A stretch of DNA of 64,000 bases, taken from positions 10,974,001 through 11,038,000 of the forward strand of contig NC_043023.1 of NCBI RefSeq assembly GCF_006345805.1. Direction: 5' to 3'. This document shows, piece after piece, positions 62,490 through 64,000 of this stretch. Origin of the DNA: Octopus sinensis (lineage: Eukaryota). The notes beneath the pieces were generated by a model. It worked only from the letters and a program-made list of their open reading frames with translations. It made no database searches and was not told the DNA's origin. Each line of letters opens with the position of its first letter. Within the stretch, counting starts at the first letter, position 1. The translations under genes and the position numbers were made by a program.

Positions 62490-64000
62490 ATGGAAGACGT
62501 TAAGGACTTGGACACTTCTACCACAACTGATTTTACCGATGTAGATTCAGCAACATCGATAGAGAGAGACGAGAAACCTTTATGGAGTGAACTATTTATT
62601 AATCAAGCATCGATAATTGGAACTATTCCAAAATATTGCTGTGAGATTTGTGGGAAAACCTTCGATTCTGAACAGGATTTCTTCACGCATAAAGACGCAC
62701 ACAATAAGGACAAACCATTCCATTGTGAAATATGTGGGAAATATTTTGCATATAACAGTTATTTCATAAGTCATCAACGAATCCATACAGGGGAAAAGCC
62801 GTATCATTGCGAGATATGTGAGAAGTCTTTCACTCAGAATTCTCACCTTGTTATCCACATACGTAGCCATACGGGGGAGAAACTATTTCGCTGTGAGATA
62901 TGTGATAAATCCTTTGTTTCCAACAGCAATTTAACAAAACATAGGCGAATCCACACGGGGGAAAAACCGTATCATTGTGAAATCTGCTTCAAGTCTTTCG
63001 TCTCAAATTGTAAATTAACCAGACACAAGCGGATTCATACGGGCGAAAGACCGTACCATTGTGAAACGTGCGGTGAATCTTTCATCTGTAGTAGTGTTTT
63101 AAACAGACATAAACGGATCCACACGGATGCCAAGCTTTTTCAGTGTGAAATCTGTGAGAAAACCTTCTTTGATCATGCTAATCTTGTCATTCACGAACGG
63201 ATCCATTCCGGAGAGAAGCCGTTTGCCTGTGAAATCTGCGGAAAAGCATTCATTACTAATTCTAAGGTTACGATCCACAAACGGAGTCACACTGGGGAGA
63301 AACTGTTCCCCTGTGAAATCTGTTGGAAGTCTTTTGTCTCTAATAATGTCTTGACGAAACACAAACGAATTCATACTGGAGAAAAGAACTTCCATTGTGA
63401 AGTGTGTGCGAAAGCGTTTGGTACTAACAGTGATTTAATCAGACACCGACGAATCCACACGGGGGAGAAACCATACCACTGTGACATCTGTGGGAAATCC
63501 TTTACTCAGAATTCTTGCCTTGTTATTCACACTCGTAGCCATTCGGGATTGAAACCGTATCACTGTGAAGTGTGCGGGAAATCTTTTGTTGATAATAGTA
63601 ATCTAAACAGACACAGACAAACACATGCTAAAGAGAAAGCTTTTAACTTTAAAACTGTGGTAGAGGCTAAGCCTTTTAACCATGACACTTCGGCAGAAGC
63701 TAAGGTTTTTATCTATGGAACTTCAGCAGAACCTGAGCCTTTTAACCATGAAACTTCGGTAGAAGCTAAGGCTTTTAACTGTGAAACTTCGGTAGAGGCT
63801 AAGCCTTTTAACTCTGAAACTGTGGTAGAAGCTAAGCCTTTTAACTATAAAACTTCAGTAGAAGCTAAGGCTTTTAACCGTGAAACTTTGGAAGTGGCAA
63901 AGCCTTCAAAATGTGAAACTTCGGTAGAGGCTAAGCCTTTAAACTGTGAAACTTTGGAAGAGGCTAAACCTTCAAACTGTGAAACTTTGGAAGAGGCTAA
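62490..64000 (+). CDS. C2H2 zinc-finger protein (12 fingers plus 11-aa repeat tail), 3' partial
   Basis: Acceptor TTTTTGTCTCAG at 62461-62472 and ATG at 62490 (MEDVKDLD). 12 CxxC-x12-HxxxH fingers at about 62634-63626. No stop before the window end, which is why it is absent from the ORF track. Confidence 0.92.
   Translation, partial: MEDVKDLDTSTTTDFTDVDSATSIERDEKPLWSELFINQASIIGTIPKYCCEICGKTFDSEQDFFTHKDAHNKDKPFHCEICGKYFAYNSYFISHQRIHTGEKPYHCEICEKSFTQNSHLVIHIRSHTGEKLFRCEICDKSFVSNSNLTKHRRIHTGEKPYHCEICFKSFVSNCKLTRHKRIHTGERPYHCETCGESFICSSVLNRHKRIHTDAKLFQCEICEKTFFDHANLVIHERIHSGEKPFACEICGKAFITNSKVTIHKRSHTGEKLFPCEICWKSFVSNNVLTKHKRIHTGEKNFHCEVCAKAFGTNSDLIRHRRIHTGEKPYHCDICGKSFTQNSCLVIHTRSHSGLKPYHCEVCGKSFVDNSNLNRHRQTHAKEKAFNFKTVVEAKPFNHDTSAEAKVFIYGTSAEPEPFNHETSVEAKAFNCETSVEAKPFNSETVVEAKPFNYKTSVEAKAFNRETLEVAKPSKCETSVEAKPLNCETLEEAKPSNCETLEEA

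Noticed and set aside
62592-63395. Minus-strand ORFs at 62592-62870 and 63099-63395 and the shifted-frame ORF at 63127
   Set aside because: Shadows of the zinc-finger codon periodicity.

Overview
AT-rich, repeat-saturated animal genomic DNA, most likely an octopus (inferred from the SINE, RTE and MITE families and the single-exon C2H2 zinc-finger genes; not provable from sequence alone). There is one 100-N scaffold gap at 16181-16280. Genes: (1) a 15-finger C2H2 ZNF on the minus strand (8257-9606). (2) A four-exon gene not shown by the ORF track (20965-31435, +), encoding a 135-aa protein with a signal peptide, one Ig-like domain and a GPI-anchor-like tail. (3) An intron-containing elongator tRNA-Met(CAT) (49480-49573, -). 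(4) A long coding exon for about six tandem beta-propeller-like modules, split into two ORFs at an A7 run (54545-59940, +). (5) A 12-finger C2H2 ZNF with an 11-aa repeat tail that runs off the window end (62490-64000, +). The rest is a decayed CR1-group LINE, a near-complete RTE LINE and many of its 3' ends, a Dong/R4-like fragment, Penelope-like ends carrying candidate hammerhead ribozymes (one with a G3:C8-swapped core), several tRNA-derived SINE families, piggyBac-, Tc1/mariner- and Merlin-like MITEs, Helitron-like elements and microsatellites. All calls were made by eye; no database search was run.
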